A stretch of 64,000 nucleotides of DNA from an uncultured delta proteobacterium (GCA_963845145.1 CAWJQU010000004.1:128001-192000), one strand, 5' to 3'; positions 10,342-21,644 are shown, counted from the stretch's first letter. Made by a program: numbers and translations. Notes: generated by a model not told the origin, from the sequence alone.

Positions 10342-10833
10342 ATGCAGCAGAAAAAAAACGGTTTTACCCGGTTTCGCCAGACCCTTGGCCTTCGCTATTT
10401 TGGTTTTCGCAAGATCCCCATGCTGTTTTTTACACGGCCGTCGGTAATCACCCTCACAGCCGATAAGGTGGTGATTAAGATCGCCTTTCGGCGGCGAACT
10501 AAAAATCACCTGGGATCTATGTATTTCGGAGCCCTGTGCGCGGGGGCGGATTGCGCCGCCGGGTTGGTTGCCATGAATCTGATCCAAAAGCAATCCGAGC
10601 CCATCGCCTTGATTTTTAAAGATTTAAAAGCCGAATTTTTACACCGCGCCGAGGGTGATGTCTATTTCCATTGCCATCAGGGACGTGAGATTATCGAACT
10701 TGTTAAAAAAGCAGCAGGATCGGAGGACAGGGTTGAAATGCCAGTTCATGTGGATGCTATGGTACCTGATCAAAGCGAGGAACCGGTAGCCAAATTTATC
10801 CTAACGCTGTCTTTGAAAAAGAAAAATCTGTAG
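10342..10833 (+). CDS. DUF4442 / PaaI-like hot-dog fold thioesterase
   Basis: RRTKNHLGSMYFGAL, AEFLHRAEGDV; ATG 10342 chosen because the longer ORF overlaps the upstream gene. Confidence 0.75.
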   Translation: MQQKKNGFTRFRQTLGLRYFGFRKIPMLFFTRPSVITLTADKVVIKIAFRRRTKNHLGSMYFGALCAGADCAAGLVAMNLIQKQSEPIALIFKDLKAEFLHRAEGDVYFHCHQGREIIELVKKAAGSEDRVEMPVHVDAMVPDQSEEPVAKFILTLSLKKKNL

Positions 10834-10949
10834 GCCGAAACGGTATCGCAACATCAATTGCATATTCATCGATCCATATTTTCGATTCCGCATTATTTTT
10901 TAAATTATTTTTAGTTAAGAATTTGATTGATTTGCCGATATATTAATTC

Positions 10950-12089
10950 ATGCCTCGTATTTTAATAACATTATTTTCTATTTTATTTGTTTTATGCAAC
11001 AGTCCGAATGTTTTCGCCCATACTGATATTTATCTACCTCAACCCCGTCAAGCGCAACTCTCTGTCGGCGGGTTGACGCTTGATCACGGCATACCGCTAA
11101 AAGCGATCATTAATGACCCCAATCCCCCTGAAATACTTAGAAGAATTCCACGCCCTCCGAACCTTTCCGTTGATCCGGCATTGGCTAAGGCAAGCTTTTC
11201 CATTGCCTATATTGCCGATGGTGGCAGTGACAAGTGGTACGAGCCTTGTTACGTTTTTCCTCAGGCGGCCAGGGATGTTTTTGAAGCGGCAGCCGCTGTC
11301 TGGGGGAATATCCTTCAATCCGATGTACCCATTACCATTAAAGCCTGTTGGGCGGATTTAGGCAGTTCTTCAACCCTTGGATACTCGGGTGGGGGGCCGT
11401 TACACAGAGATTTTACAGGGACCCCCCGCGCCAACACCTGGTTTTCAGGCGCACTGGCCAACGCCCTCTATGGCTCCGACCTCAGCAGTTCAAGTTATGA
11501 TATGCATATTACCTATAATGGAAACTTCAATTGGTATTATGGCACGGATGGCAATCCCGCGGGTGACGAGCATGATCTTTTTACCGTGGTTCTGCATGAG
11601 ATCGCCCATGGGCTCAATTTTTCCGGTTCAATGACCATGTCCGGAGATGTCGGAAGCTGGGGATACGGTACAGGTTACCCCGGCATTTATGACGTATTTG
11701 TTCGGGATGCTTCGGGCGATGAATTAATCACTTCATATACAAACGGTACAACGCAGCTTGGCGATGCACTCAAATCAAACGGGCTCTATTTCCACGGTAG
11801 TAACACCATGATTGCAAACGGCAATAACAGAGTCAAAATTTATGCACCCGCTACATGGCGGAGTGGTTCCAGCTATTCCCACCTCGACTACGCAACTTTT
11901 AATAATACCGCAAACCAACTGATGGTATATGCCATTAGTGCCGGGGAATCGATTCACGATCCCGGCGTTGTTACAAATGGATTGTTGGAAGATCTGGGTT
12001 GGCAAATAGAGGTTTCGACTGATCCACCTGAAGAGCCATTCCCCTGGGAATTATTTCTTCCCGCCATACTTAATGGTCGTGTAAGATAG
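10950..12089 (+). CDS. Secreted zinc metalloprotease (HEXXH) with a C-terminal FPWELFLPAIL tail
   Basis: Signal peptide (VFA-H), VLHEIAHGLNF, GSSYSHLD, QLM, DLGW. Confidence 0.75.
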   Translation: MPRILITLFSILFVLCNSPNVFAHTDIYLPQPRQAQLSVGGLTLDHGIPLKAIINDPNPPEILRRIPRPPNLSVDPALAKASFSIAYIADGGSDKWYEPCYVFPQAARDVFEAAAAVWGNILQSDVPITIKACWADLGSSSTLGYSGGGPLHRDFTGTPRANTWFSGALANALYGSDLSSSSYDMHITYNGNFNWYYGTDGNPAGDEHDLFTVVLHEIAHGLNFSGSMTMSGDVGSWGYGTGYPGIYDVFVRDASGDELITSYTNGTTQLGDALKSNGLYFHGSNTMIANGNNRVKIYAPATWRSGSSYSHLDYATFNNTANQLMVYAISAGESIHDPGVVTNGLLEDLGWQIEVSTDPPEEPFPWELFLPAILNGRVR

Positions 12090-12169
12090 TTGATGTGAAG
12101 GCGATATAACCAGCACCTAACCATTAAATTAAACTTGAATCTCTGTCATGCCCAACCTATAATAAAATC

Positions 12170-13396
12170 ATGAACCTGTATCTCATTTTAATTGTAGGCA
12201 TTATCCTTATCAGCTATATCCTTGATCTCACCGTTTCCGGACTTAACCTGAAATCATTGGATCCCCGTCTTCCCGAGGAGTTTGCCGATGTATTCGATGA
12301 CCGGCGCTATGCGCGATCCCAGGATTATACACGTACGACAACCCGGTTTGGCCTGATCAAAGGATCGATTATGACGGTCCTCACACTATTTTTTATCTTA
12401 ATGGGCGGGTTTAACTGGGTTGACGGCCTGGCAAGAAGTGTCGGGGTGGGAACCATCGGTACAGGGCTTCTGTTTACGGGTATCCTTCTCATCATTTCGG
12501 GGTTGGTGGGTTTACCTTTTACCGTTTACGGAACGTTCGTCATTGAGAGCCGTTTCGACTTTAATAAAACCACGGCCGGCACTTTTATGCTCGATATGGT
12601 GAAGGGTATCGTGCTAACGGTACTGATCGGCGGCCCGATTTTGGCCTTTATCCTCTGGTTTTTTGAAAAGGGCGGGGATTGGGCATGGTTTTATAGCTGG
12701 ATGGGCATTGTCCTAGTAACGCTGGTCATCCAATGGATTGCGCCGGTGGTCATCATGCCCTGGTTTAACAAGTTCACACCGATAGAAGAAGGTGAACTAA
12801 AAAGCGCTATTTCCGATTATGCCGCGAAGGAAAGGTTTAAGATCGAAGGGATCTACACCATGGACGGATCCAAACGATCGACCAAATTAAACGCCTTTTT
12901 TACCGGGTTCGGCCGGTTCCGGCGGATCGTTTTTTTTGATACACTCATCGAAAAACTGTCCACCGAAGAGATTATCGCCGTCCTGGCCCACGAGATGGGC
13001 CATTATAAAAGGCGACATATTTTTAAAATGCAGTTTGCTTCGATTTTACAGATGGGGATACTTTTTTTTATCCTATCGCTGTTTATCAACAACTTGGGGT
13101 TGTTCGCCGCCTTTAAAATGAACCATGTATCCGTATACGCAAGTTTGATTTTTTTTGGTTTCCTCTATTCGCCGATCAGCACCTTATTGTCAGTCATATT
13201 TAATATTTTTTCCCGGCGCCACGAGTTTCAAGCCGACTTATATGCACGGGCCTCCACCGGGCAATCGAAAACTTTGATCAGCGCTTTAAAAAAACTGAGT
13301 AAAAGCAACCTTTCAAACCTGACACCGCACCCGCTGCACGTGTTTCTAAATTATAGCCATCCGCCGGTACTGGAGCGGATCAGGGCATTGGGATAA
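12170..13396 (+). CDS. M48 family (Ste24-type) membrane zinc endopeptidase
   Basis: DGSKRS..NAFFTG, AVLAHEMGH, HEFQAD, SHPP..ERI; multiple TM helices. Confidence 0.92.
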   Translation: MNLYLILIVGIILISYILDLTVSGLNLKSLDPRLPEEFADVFDDRRYARSQDYTRTTTRFGLIKGSIMTVLTLFFILMGGFNWVDGLARSVGVGTIGTGLLFTGILLIISGLVGLPFTVYGTFVIESRFDFNKTTAGTFMLDMVKGIVLTVLIGGPILAFILWFFEKGGDWAWFYSWMGIVLVTLVIQWIAPVVIMPWFNKFTPIEEGELKSAISDYAAKERFKIEGIYTMDGSKRSTKLNAFFTGFGRFRRIVFFDTLIEKLSTEEIIAVLAHEMGHYKRRHIFKMQFASILQMGILFFILSLFINNLGLFAAFKMNHVSVYASLIFFGFLYSPISTLLSVIFNIFSRRHEFQADLYARASTGQSKTLISALKKLSKSNLSNLTPHPLHVFLNYSHPPVLERIRALG

Positions 13397-13548
13397 AAAA
13401 GGCGGTACGCTTGACCCTATGTTATTTTTGGGAAAAAAGGTAAAATCCAAACCAAAAACAGTGTGATAATAAGAATCTGTCGATGGGGTGGCACTGTCGG
13501 TGCCGGAGAGAACATTATTTCCGTATGACGGGGCCTAAAATACCGTGG

Positions 13549-14001
13549 TTATGCGGTATACCTTTTCATGTCCTTGACTTGTTCTTGCCTGCGTCCGATA
13601 AGCCCGCCGATCGTGATCTCGTCTAGGCGTTCGAACATGGCTTTGCTGGCCTCTATCCATACCCAGCGGGATAGACAATCCCCGGCCTGATTGCAGATCC
13701 CGCAGAGTTTGTCCGATCTTTCCGCGCAATCCGTAATGGCCGTGGTTTTCTCCAGGGCTCTGACGATATCTCCGACTTTAATTTTGTCGGCCGCTTTGGC
13801 CAGCATATGACCGCCGTATGGGCCCCGATGGCTCTTTACCAGACCGGCCGTTTTGAGATTGCCAACCAACTGCTCGAGATATTTTAAAGAGATATTTTGG
13901 CGTCGAGAGACATCTCTCAATGAAACGGGTGTTTTTTGTGCATTGACGGCGAGATCAAGAATTAATCGGGTGCCGTATCTGCTTTTTGTGGTTAGTCGCA
14001 T
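13549..14001 (-). CDS. Rrf2 family transcriptional regulator (Cys-containing)
   Basis: MRLTTKSRYG, YLEQL, SHRGPYGGH, C-terminal Cys cluster. Confidence 0.92.
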   Translation of the reverse strand: MRLTTKSRYGTRLILDLAVNAQKTPVSLRDVSRRQNISLKYLEQLVGNLKTAGLVKSHRGPYGGHMLAKAADKIKVGDIVRALEKTTAITDCAERSDKLCGICNQAGDCLSRWVWIEASKAMFERLDEITIGGLIGRRQEQVKDMKRYTA

Positions 14002-14137
14002 GTGCTTATAGACAGGTTTTTATTTACCAATAATTGTCCGTATGATTAAGAAGGTGGACTTTTTTTTCACGCATGCATTACATATCAGGTGGAATCGAAA
14101 TATAATTTTTAGGCCTTCCTGTTTGTGAAACATCCGA

Positions 14138-15631
14138 TTAAGACGATCTGGTGGCGTTGGTCAGGTTAGGTTTAGCCGGATGAACTAAAGGCAAACAGAT
14201 CTGAAATTTCGAACCTTCCTTGAGCTTTGACTCAACCTTAACCGCTCCACCGTGTTGCCGAATCACATGATGGGCGATAAACAGCCCTAGGCCGGTCCCC
14301 TGAGACCCCTTGGATGAAAAAAAGAGGGTAAACATTTTTTCCCTGGTCTCCTGGTCCATTCCCATCCCATTATCCTCAATGATGACGCTAAGTCGGTCAA
14401 GACGATTTAAATATGCTTTAAACGTCACCTGGTGTTCCGATTTATCGTTGTCAGAGATACAGGCATCGATAGCGTTCTCCAGGATATTGATAATCGCGAC
14501 TTCCACCCAGTTGGGGTCCACTTCGATATTGCCCAATGACGGTGCAATGTCGATGTTTAAAGGGATGTGATTCTTTTTCGCCAGGGGCTCTACTGTTTTG
14601 ACAATATTCCAGGCCATCTTCTCCGCATCCACCTGCTGATAGTTGAGCTCCCTGGATTTGGCGTAATAAAGGATCTCAAGCACCATTTTTTTGATACGCT
14701 CGGACATTTGTTTGACTTGCTCAAATGCCCGCTGAATCCGGTCGGGGTTTTGTCGGTTAAGGCCCGATTCTAATTGGTAAAGGCCGCCATCAAGGGCTGT
14801 CAGCATCCCTTTAACGCCATGGGACATGGATCCTAGCATGAGCCCCAGAGATGTCAGATGGTCCTGCAGTTGTCGTATTTGAGTAATATTGGTGGAGATT
14901 TCCATCACCTGGGTGATTTGTCCCAACCCATTACGAATAGGAGCGGTCCAGGTAATGACATTGACCTGTTCACCGGTTTTCGATGTGACGATCTCCTCTG
15001 TTGAATGGGGTTCCCCGTCTTCAAAGGTTGCGGCCACCGGACATTCCTGACAGTGTGAGGCACGATGCTTGTAAATCTGAAAACAGTGGGAACCAATTTC
15101 GTCGCCGAAATCTTTTTTAAACATTTTATTCGTCGCAGTCAGGCGAAAATTACTGTCCTGGACTGTAATATAGCAGGGAACTTCATCGAAAAGCTGCTGG
15201 TAAAGGGCTTGGGCATAATTAAGGTCGGTAATTTTTCTCTCATATCGGCTTAATTTATGCTCAAGATCGATTCGTTCTATGGCTTGTATAAGGGCGAACC
15301 TTAATGCGTTACTTTTTACCGGGCGAGATAAATAGCAGGCCGCTTCAGCATTAAACGCCTCCATGGCCGAATCAATATTTTTCGGGTCAGTTATAATGAT
15401 GAGCTGTGTCCGTGATTTTGACTTCTTTCTTTGTTTTAAAAGGTAGATAATTTCACCGTCGGGCAGGTATGGATCGGCGACAATGATGTCGGGAGCGAAA
15501 TTTTCAAAGCCGATCAATACGTCTTCGCTCGTGCTGGCAATAAAGACGTTTACCTGTTGTCTTTCAAGATAGGTCTTGAGCGCCTGGGCGTGGCTTTCGG
15601 ATTGGTCGACAAGTAGTACCTTATGGGCCAT
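14138..15631 (-). CDS. Hybrid sensor kinase (degenerate receiver - PAS - HisKA - HATPase)
   Basis: Receiver-like N-terminus, PAS with CxxC, SHGVKG H-box, ENAIDA, DNGMGM, GTGLGL. Confidence 0.88.
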   Translation of the reverse strand: MAHKVLLVDQSESHAQALKTYLERQQVNVFIASTSEDVLIGFENFAPDIIVADPYLPDGEIIYLLKQRKKSKSRTQLIIITDPKNIDSAMEAFNAEAACYLSRPVKSNALRFALIQAIERIDLEHKLSRYERKITDLNYAQALYQQLFDEVPCYITVQDSNFRLTATNKMFKKDFGDEIGSHCFQIYKHRASHCQECPVAATFEDGEPHSTEEIVTSKTGEQVNVITWTAPIRNGLGQITQVMEISTNITQIRQLQDHLTSLGLMLGSMSHGVKGMLTALDGGLYQLESGLNRQNPDRIQRAFEQVKQMSERIKKMVLEILYYAKSRELNYQQVDAEKMAWNIVKTVEPLAKKNHIPLNIDIAPSLGNIEVDPNWVEVAIINILENAIDACISDNDKSEHQVTFKAYLNRLDRLSVIIEDNGMGMDQETREKMFTLFFSSKGSQGTGLGLFIAHHVIRQHGGAVKVESKLKEGSKFQICLPLVHPAKPNLTNATRSS

Positions 15632-15779
15632 ATTCGTTTCTACGTGTGCGGATTAATGATTCGCCAAGAGGAAATTGTTTAAACGCCATCGTGTCCTAAG
15701 ATACTTAATGAAACGATGGGAGAAGAAAATAGATATTCGAGTGGTCGGTATTTTAGTTAATTCGATTCAGTCGGTAGCG

Positions 15780-16133
15780 TTAAAGAATATTCTCTTTGAC
15801 AATTTTCAAAAGTTTTTCCCGGTCAAACGGTTTGTTGATGGTTGCTACGGCCTTTCCAATGGCATGCTCAATACCGGAAAGTCCGCTGATGACGATCACG
15901 GGAATGTTTTTCAGGTTTTTTTCCAGGGTCATTTTACGATAGAAACGGGGCCCCCACTCATCGGGCATTTCGATATCCAGCGTAATTAGATCCGGGACTT
16001 CTTTTTTGGCGATTTCGATTCCCTTGGTAGCGTTTTCCGCCGAAAAGACAGTGTAGCCGTTATCTTCAAAGAGCGTAACGAGGTAATTGACAATATTGGG
16101 ATCGTCATCAATCACTAATATTTTTTTTCCCAT
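15780..16133 (-). CDS. Single-domain response regulator
   Basis: ILVIDDD, LDIEMP, VISG, KPF. Confidence 0.92.
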   Translation of the reverse strand: MGKKILVIDDDPNIVNYLVTLFEDNGYTVFSAENATKGIEIAKKEVPDLITLDIEMPDEWGPRFYRKMTLEKNLKNIPVIVISGLSGIEHAIGKAVATINKPFDREKLLKIVKENIL

Positions 16134-16178
16134 TGATAACTCCTCTTTTCCAAATTGTAGCAGATGGTCAGTAGCGAC

Positions 16179-17078
16179 TCACTTATTGATGCTGATCACG
16201 GGGCAACCGGCTCTTACGATAACCTGTTCAATGTTGCTGCCGAGCCGTTTATCTTCCGCATTCATCTTTCGTGTGTGGTGGGCCATAACGATCAGATCGG
16301 CAAACTTTTCTCGCGCATATTTAACGATTTCGATATAGGGAATCCCTTCCCAGACATCGAAAGAGTATTCCTGGTCTTTTTGGAGTTTCTTGATATATTT
16401 ACCCCGAATTCGTTGCAAAGATTCTCGAATTTGGGTCTCGATTTCATCTTGGGTCATCAGTTTGCCCAGATGGACATCACTGATATCAAGGGCATGAAAT
16501 ACATGAAGTTCACAATCAAGGGCCTTGGCGATTTTTAAGGCAAAGCGAAAAGCCGCATCCGATGCTTTGGAAAAATCGGTGCCGAATACCACATTCGACA
16601 TGCCGCCCCAGAATGACGCCGCAGCGCGATTGACAATCAAAACGGGGCATTTAATCGATTTGGCTACTCGCTGAAGGGTGGATCCGACCATGCTTTTTTT
16701 ATATACCGAAACGCCTTCTTCTTCGGTACTGCCCCCCATGATAACCAAATCCGGTTTTAAAGCGCGCGCCTCTCTTAAAATTTCACGATGCGGGTACCCG
16801 ATAACTATTTTAATGTCGATGTTTTTAGCGGTATCGAGCTGTTTGGAATAGTAAGTCTTGATCTCCTCTTCCACCCAAGACACATATTCGTCATCGAGTT
16901 CGACTTTTTCGCCGGTCTTGACATCCATAACCAACTGGCTGTAGCCCCGTGTGGGAACGCCCAGCACATGTAAAAGCGTCAGGTGTGAATCATAGCGCTG
17001 GGCCATGTCAAACGCAACCCGGGCGGCGTAATCACTAGCGGGAGTAGCTGATGTGGCGAAAAGGATATTTTTAAACAT
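16179..17078 (-). CDS. Tandem universal stress protein
   Basis: Two USP domains (NILFAT..., VVFGTDFS..., GSTLQRV, GSNIEQV). Confidence 0.9.
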   Translation of the reverse strand: MFKNILFATSATPASDYAARVAFDMAQRYDSHLTLLHVLGVPTRGYSQLVMDVKTGEKVELDDEYVSWVEEEIKTYYSKQLDTAKNIDIKIVIGYPHREILREARALKPDLVIMGGSTEEEGVSVYKKSMVGSTLQRVAKSIKCPVLIVNRAAASFWGGMSNVVFGTDFSKASDAAFRFALKIAKALDCELHVFHALDISDVHLGKLMTQDEIETQIRESLQRIRGKYIKKLQKDQEYSFDVWEGIPYIEIVKYAREKFADLIVMAHHTRKMNAEDKRLGSNIEQVIVRAGCPVISINK

Positions 17079-17121
17079 GAGTCACCTCGTCTACGAATAT
17101 TCGATGATTTCGCGGGGCGTG

Positions 17122-18510
17122 TTATTCTTTCGGCTGTAGATGCTCAGGAACTACTACCATGCTGATCAAAAGCGGCTTAAGGAATGACCATTCAATTCCT
17201 ATTTTATACTCTTCTTCAAGATCCCGAATCGCATCCCAGCAGTTGTGACAGGGAGCAATCACCAATTTTGCGCCGGTGCTTAATATTTGATCCCTTTTGG
17301 TTATCAAGGCCTTATTGCGCTGGGGACGAAAAAGTCCGATTCCATTAAATCCACCACCCCCACCACAGCAATAGTTGTGTTCTTTATTCGGTGCCATGTC
17401 AATAAAATAACCGGGCTCAACAATATAGCTTAGTATTTCACGGGTGATTTCTTTTAACCCGTGGTTGCGGACATAGTTGCACGAATCCTGAAGTGTCACC
17501 GGTTTTTTCAGTCGCTTAGAGGGATCTACTTTGAGTTTTCCGGTACGTAACGCCTCTGCCAGCCATTCAATGTAATGGATCGATTTTACCGGGGGTTGCC
17601 CGTCTTTTTTGCCGGCCCAGTATGGCCCTTCAATGACGGTGGCGCGATGGGCATGTCCACATTCGGTGCCCACCATCCGTTTGGGCTTGAGTCGCTCCAT
17701 GGCGTCGTACACGCTTTCAACTTGCATTTTGCAAGCCGCCCAATCTCCGGCGAACATGGCCAGGCTGGTTTGTTCCCATCCTTTTGAGGGCACTGTCCAG
17801 CTTTCACCGGCCAGATGGAAAAGGATGGCCGCCTCAGCCAAATCCTCCGGGTAGTGCTTCACTTCTCTGGCATTGACCGTATACATAATATTGGCCCCGA
17901 CTACATCTACCGGAACTTCAAGGCCGGGGTAGTCATCTTCATATTCTTCCACCATCCACTCAAAGGTTTCGACAAAATCTTCATCGGTTACATCCATTTG
18001 AGCGCGGTAAACCCTGTGCATCCCTGCACCGATTTTCATTTCCCAGGGAACAAAACCTTGTTGATAGAGCAGGCCGCGCAAATAACCGAACATGACACCC
18101 ATGTCGATTCCATGGGGGCAATACATCCCACAGCGATTGCAACAGGTGCACTTGGCCCAGGCCGTCTCCATGGCCATGAGCATGAAGTCATTGTCTACTT
18201 TGCCCTTGCGGTGAACAATTTTACCAAGGGTGGACTGAATTTTATAGGCGGGCACCTGTTTTGGATCGCGATCATTGATTAGGTATAAAAAGCAGCTGTC
18301 GGCACACATACCGCAATGGGCACAGATTTCAAGCCATGTCCGCAGTCTTGACTTTAAAGTGTTTTGGATGGTTTTCCATAAAAGCTCCTGGTCAACGTCC
18401 AGGCTTTTCATCTCTTCATAGTATACCTTACCGCTTTTATCGGCTAGAAGCGTTTTAAGTTCTTCTTCCGTCTCAATCGGTTTTTTATAGCAAAGCGTCC
18501 CTTCAGGCAT
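17122..18510 (-). CDS. hmcF: Hmc complex subunit F (HdrD-like Fe-S/CCG protein)
   Basis: [43 protein letters not shown]; position in hmc operon. Confidence 0.88.
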   Translation of the reverse strand: MPEGTLCYKKPIETEEELKTLLADKSGKVYYEEMKSLDVDQELLWKTIQNTLKSRLRTWLEICAHCGMCADSCFLYLINDRDPKQVPAYKIQSTLGKIVHRKGKVDNDFMLMAMETAWAKCTCCNRCGMYCPHGIDMGVMFGYLRGLLYQQGFVPWEMKIGAGMHRVYRAQMDVTDEDFVETFEWMVEEYEDDYPGLEVPVDVVGANIMYTVNAREVKHYPEDLAEAAILFHLAGESWTVPSKGWEQTSLAMFAGDWAACKMQVESVYDAMERLKPKRMVGTECGHAHRATVIEGPYWAGKKDGQPPVKSIHYIEWLAEALRTGKLKVDPSKRLKKPVTLQDSCNYVRNHGLKEITREILSYIVEPGYFIDMAPNKEHNYCCGGGGGFNGIGLFRPQRNKALITKRDQILSTGAKLVIAPCHNCWDAIRDLEEEYKIGIEWSFLKPLLISMVVVPEHLQPKE

Positions 18511-18543
18511 GCGTGCATTCTCCTATATCGGTAAATCTTTTCA

Positions 18544-19221
18544 TCACCAGGCGATTTTTTTCCCCTGCATTCCTCCCCGCTTGATCGCAAAGTCCATCCC
18601 AAGTTGTGCCCGTGATGCAAAAAATAGTATTATATGTGACAACTTGGTAAATGGGATGGCGATAAGCAGCGCCTCACCACAGAGGATATGAAATATCAGC
18701 CAGAATGAATACTCTCCGACCTGGTAACGGGCAATCAGCCCGGTGATAAACGGGGCCGTGGATAAAAATAAAATAAAGTAATCGTAGCCGGTCGTTAATA
18801 TTCGAACCTCAGGCAGGGCAATTCGTCTCAGCGTCAGCAAGATGGCACTGATCAAAACCGCCCATGTCAGGATATCGGCCACGGTTGAATTTAAAGTGAA
18901 AAGGGAAAAGCCCAACTGGTCCCTTAAAATTTCATTGTGGGCCAAAAGAAAAATGGGTACCAGTATGGCCCCAATATGAAATCCGAAGAATATGATCGTC
19001 ATAAAAGGCTGTTTGCGCCACCCATAGGTGCCGAAAGGAAGCAACCACCGGAATATGGATCTTAGTGCGCCTTTAAACCCCTGTGCCGGATGGGCGCCAT
19101 AAGCGACACGGTCTAATTGCCAGCTCAATCCCCTTATATACCACACCAGGCGAACAATCAGGCCGATAAGGCAGATACCGACAGACAGCCAGAGCATAAA
19201 ACCGGTTAAAAATGCGTACAT
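18544..19221 (-). CDS. hmcE: Hmc complex subunit E (NarI-like cytochrome b)
   Basis: WQLDRVAY, conserved His in TM helices, PFTKLSH, GMDFAIKRGG. Confidence 0.88.
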   Translation of the reverse strand: MYAFLTGFMLWLSVGICLIGLIVRLVWYIRGLSWQLDRVAYGAHPAQGFKGALRSIFRWLLPFGTYGWRKQPFMTIIFFGFHIGAILVPIFLLAHNEILRDQLGFSLFTLNSTVADILTWAVLISAILLTLRRIALPEVRILTTGYDYFILFLSTAPFITGLIARYQVGEYSFWLIFHILCGEALLIAIPFTKLSHIILFFASRAQLGMDFAIKRGGMQGKKIAW

Positions 19222-19259
19222 GAATATTTCCTTTTAGCGATGCATAACGTGTCGTAAGC

Positions 19260-19403
19260 TTAATACGTTCTCTTTTTGGAATCCCGTCCGGTTAAATACC
19301 GCCAGAACAGTAGAAATCCGATCAGGATGCCACCTAAAATAATATAGGTGATACTTTCCGTGTGAAGCATGTATTCGTGCAAAGTATAAAACAGATGATC
19401 CAT
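19260..19403 (-). CDS. hmcD: Hmc complex small membrane subunit D (47 aa, absent from ORF track)
   Basis: Hand translation MDHLFYTLHEYMLHTESITYIILGGILIGFLLFWRYLTGRDSKKRTY*; aaagga RBS; one TM helix; lies between hmcC and hmcE. Confidence 0.88.
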   Translation of the reverse strand: MDHLFYTLHEYMLHTESITYIILGGILIGFLLFWRYLTGRDSKKRTY

Positions 19404-19421
19404 TTCACGTCCTTTTTTAGC

Positions 19422-20594
19422 TTAACCGTTGTGCCGGTAGTCCGGGTGCTCATAAAGAATCGGCATACGGGTACTAATGAAACGATAAATAACCACACCC
19501 AAGGTAACGATAAAGAGCGACGTGGCCACTTCCATCCAACTGGGAACATACCGTTGGGCCGAAGGTAGATACCAGTTAAAGGCAATGACGGAAATGTTGA
19601 GTCGGTTAAAAATCACCCCCAACACAGTCCATGCCGCCGCCCAGCGTGCCCAGCGAATGTTTCGTTCTCGCACCGCCAACGAATATAGAAAAGCCGGCAG
19701 TGCCACAAAACCGAGCAGTTCCAACAAAAACCACGCCCCCCATCCGGAAAAGAGCTGGTGCCAATTGTTGTCCACCGATATACCGATTAATTTGACTGCC
19801 AGATAGCCCATCATAACAAAAGCCGCTGCCTTGCTGAACCCCAGGACCACACCGTCTGCTTCCTTTAGGTGTGTTTCGTCCATCTTATGGTGCAGATACC
19901 GATGGGCCAGTGAGCCTTCAAAAATCACCATGGATAGCCCGGCAAAAATACTGGAGACAAAAAAGTAGACCGGCAGATAGCCGGAATACCATAATGGGTG
20001 CAGCTTCGAAGGTGCGATCATGAACAGAGCACCCAAAGAGGATTGATGCAGGGTGGAAAGCACCACGCCGAAAATGGTGAGCACCAGAGTCAGGCGAACG
20101 ATCAGGTTGCGCACCTTGGTTAACCCGAGCCATTCCAAGGCGGCAGGGCTGTATTCAATAAAGAGGACGGTAAGATAGAGTAAAACGCACAAGCCCACTT
20201 CGTACAGAAGCGATGTGGTTCCCGGAGAGAGAAGGATGGGGTAGGGCAACCGCCAGGGGCGTCCCACGTCATAGTGTAGCGCCAATACGACCATGGCGTA
20301 CCCTAAAAAGGCTGTCAGGATCGCCGGGCGTACCGCAGAGTGAAACCGTTTGAGCCCGAATATGTAGCAGGCCGCAGAAGTGACGTACCCACCGGCGGCC
20401 AGGGCAACGCCACACAGCAGATCAAACCCGATCCATATGCCCCAGGGATAGTTGTCATCCAGGTTGGTTACCGCTCCCAAGCCTTTGGTAAACCGCAACA
20501 CGGTGGCGATGATACCGATGCAGATGATGATTCCCGCCACCATATTAAAAGGTGTAAATAATGATTTATTGGGTTGATTTGTCTCCTGCGGCAT
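19422..20594 (-). CDS. hmcC: Hmc complex subunit C (NrfD/HybB family membrane protein)
   Basis: PWGIWIGFD, DVGRPWRL, LSTLHQSSLG, KLHPLW. Confidence 0.9.
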   Translation of the reverse strand: MPQETNQPNKSLFTPFNMVAGIIICIGIIATVLRFTKGLGAVTNLDDNYPWGIWIGFDLLCGVALAAGGYVTSAACYIFGLKRFHSAVRPAILTAFLGYAMVVLALHYDVGRPWRLPYPILLSPGTTSLLYEVGLCVLLYLTVLFIEYSPAALEWLGLTKVRNLIVRLTLVLTIFGVVLSTLHQSSLGALFMIAPSKLHPLWYSGYLPVYFFVSSIFAGLSMVIFEGSLAHRYLHHKMDETHLKEADGVVLGFSKAAAFVMMGYLAVKLIGISVDNNWHQLFSGWGAWFLLELLGFVALPAFLYSLAVRERNIRWARWAAAWTVLGVIFNRLNISVIAFNWYLPSAQRYVPSWMEVATSLFIVTLGVVIYRFISTRMPILYEHPDYRHNG

Positions 20595-21644
20595 CTAATC
20601 TTCCTCCTTATCGGCCGCCTCTTTCAGGGCTTTTTTCACTTCAAGATTAATAGCCGCTTCCTTTTCCCGGGTCATCTTCTCTTTTAATTCGCCCAGTTTG
20701 GTCTGCATCTCTTCGTTGGCATTGGCCACCGTAATGGCGACGGCCTCGATTCGTTCCTGCTGGGCGATTTTGTCTTTTCGTTTGGAAATCGCGTAGATTC
20801 CGGTGAGCAGCACCGGCCACAACCCCACCACGATGGGCACTGCATGCAGCGGTCCTGAGGTGAATGCCGCTGCAGGCTGAATGCCCAAATCTTCGCGCAT
20901 GCCTATTTGATGAAACGGTTTGGGGGATAGGTAAAGCCAGCTGGTCCCGCCCATCTCTTGCTCACCGTAAATATGGTCAATGTATCGCTCGGGAGATCGA
21001 TCGATTCGTTGTCGGGCAATTTTCAGAAGCCGATCTCTTTTGCCAAAAGTCAGCGCTTCCGTGGGACAGTTTTGGACACATCCGGGCAGTTTGCCTTCAA
21101 CAAGACGGAATTGGCACAGATGGCACTTTTGGATCCTTGGGGTGAGCGGCTCGTCGTATTCATAGGCGGGGATGTTAAACGGGCAGGCGATCATGCAATA
21201 GCGGCATCCCACACAAAGGGAGGCGTCATAAACCACGGCACCGGTTTTATCCTTTTTCAGGGCGCGCACAAAACAAGCAGACGCACAGGCCGGTTCGAGA
21301 CAGTGATTGCATTGATTCTTGGCGAAGATCGCCGGCTGACCGTCATCGCTTTCAAAGCGATTGACCACGGTAAACGCCGCGGCATCGGTCCTCCGCGGGG
21401 CTTCCAATACCGTTAAGTCTTCGAAGGGCTTATCCGGTGCGGGTAATTCATTGACCTGGTTGCAGGCCTCTTCACATTTTCGGCATCCGATACAACGGGT
21501 TGTATCGTGCAATACACCCACACTGTCCGGGTAGCCCTTAAAATGTTTATTCGACCCTGCATGGGCTTTGAATCCCATCATGGAAGTGGTGCCAACGGCC
21601 GCAGCACTGACCCATCCTAGAAATTTTCGTCTGGTGACTGCCAT
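20595..21644 (-). CDS. hmcB: Hmc complex subunit B (Tat-exported 4x[4Fe-4S] protein)
   Basis: TRRKFL Tat signal; [48 protein letters not shown]-terminal TM helix. Confidence 0.9.
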   Translation of the reverse strand: MAVTRRKFLGWVSAAAVGTTSMMGFKAHAGSNKHFKGYPDSVGVLHDTTRCIGCRKCEEACNQVNELPAPDKPFEDLTVLEAPRRTDAAAFTVVNRFESDDGQPAIFAKNQCNHCLEPACASACFVRALKKDKTGAVVYDASLCVGCRYCMIACPFNIPAYEYDEPLTPRIQKCHLCQFRLVEGKLPGCVQNCPTEALTFGKRDRLLKIARQRIDRSPERYIDHIYGEQEMGGTSWLYLSPKPFHQIGMREDLGIQPAAAFTSGPLHAVPIVVGLWPVLLTGIYAISKRKDKIAQQERIEAVAITVANANEEMQTKLGELKEKMTREKEAAINLEVKKALKEAADKEED

